Position numbers and translations under genes: made by a program
Shown: piece by piece, positions 31,658-32,000 of the stretch
Layout of the letters: each line of letters opens with the position of its first letter
Position numbering within the stretch: the stretch's first letter is position 1
DNA from: Gordonia zhenghanii
GTDB lineage: Bacteria; Actinomycetota; Actinomycetes; Mycobacteriales; Mycobacteriaceae
Direction of reading: 5' to 3'
Length of the DNA: 32,000 bases
Assembly (NCBI RefSeq): GCF_021738965.1
Contig: NZ_JAKKOQ010000007.1
Location: 125,620 to 157,619 of the forward strand
The notes under the pieces: model-generated
The model's input: only the letters and a program-made list of their open reading frames with translations
The model's database searches: none
What the model was told of the DNA's origin: nothing

Positions 31658-32000
31658 TCAGGGGCGACGTCGAAGAACGTCGTGAACTCGACTCTGCTCC
31701 ATCGCCCAGTCTCGAAGGTCGAAACTGATGCTGTTGAGAAGTGGCATCAATACACGGTCGTGGACATGCTCGATGTCGACGTAGAGCAGTGAATCCATAT
31801 GCGAAACACGATTTCTCAGACGTCGGAGGTCGCGGACCTTGTTACCGGTGTTGAACCCTCGGGGGTCGTTTTTCATGTTGGGAAACCCAGCGTGCAGCGA
31901 CTCTCGCCAGAGTCTGCGGCGAGCCGCGAGGTTGTCCTGGTCTTGAACGGGTCTGCCCTGAGGGTCGAGCCGGTCGGATCGGAACCTTTCGGGGAGAAGT
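31658..32000 (-). CDS. 3' part of an Abi_2-like (abortive-infection-like) protein; the gene continues beyond the window
   Basis: My hand translation shows the frame stays open upstream of the track Met, out to nt 32000. The sequence ...VRDLRRLRNRVSHMDSLL... resembles the Abi_2 family (l)RN..aH motif. Only about 113 codons are visible. Confidence 0.4.
   Translation of the reverse strand, partial: LLPERFRSDRLDPQGRPVQDQDNLAARRRLWRESLHAGFPNMKNDPRGFNTGNKVRDLRRLRNRVSHMDSLLYVDIEHVHDRVLMPLLNSISFDLRDWAMEQSRVHDVLRRRP

Overview
This is a high-GC actinobacterial chromosome segment that looks like Corynebacteriales (Rhodococcus/Gordonia/Nocardia type). The genus cannot be fixed without a database search.

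Backbone genes:
- msrA (5'-partial) and guaA.
- A PspC/LiaF-like envelope-stress module with a PspC-domain histidine kinase and a LuxR-type regulator.
- A tail-anchored Ser/Thr kinase.
- An Rv2578c-type radical-SAM homologue that has lost its Cys cluster.
- The SOS mutasome pair imuA'-imuB behind a perfect LexA box.
- An AcrA1-type double-SDR acyl-CoA reductase.

The order guaA ... imuA'-imuB / acrA1 recalls, from memory, M. tuberculosis Rv3396c-Rv3391.

Accessory blocks set into this backbone:
1. A defence island left of guaA. It holds a frameshifted Lhr-like helicase remnant, a same-strand pair of a DUF2075 nuclease-helicase and an EVE/PUA-like-HNH nuclease, a divergent 'head domain'-PD-(D/E)xK nuclease, and hicAB.
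2. A McrBC system right of guaA, with a long non-canonical McrB N-terminus and a trailing unknown ORF.
3. A translationally coupled vanH-vanA(O-like)-vanX-(papain/C39-like ORF)-murG2 operon with convergent vanRS.
4. A dispersed, array-forming ~24-nt repeat family (GGTCTCGACTYCGCTCGACCARCGG). It is stop-free in all six frames, fills several intergenic regions, and occurs twice in-frame inside the kinase gene.

The DUF2075 + EVE-HNH pair, with its divergent neighbour, is my best candidate for an undescribed system. No tRNA, rRNA, CRISPR array or transposase was recognised. Many long ORFs in the track are antisense or repeat read-through artefacts typical of high-GC DNA.
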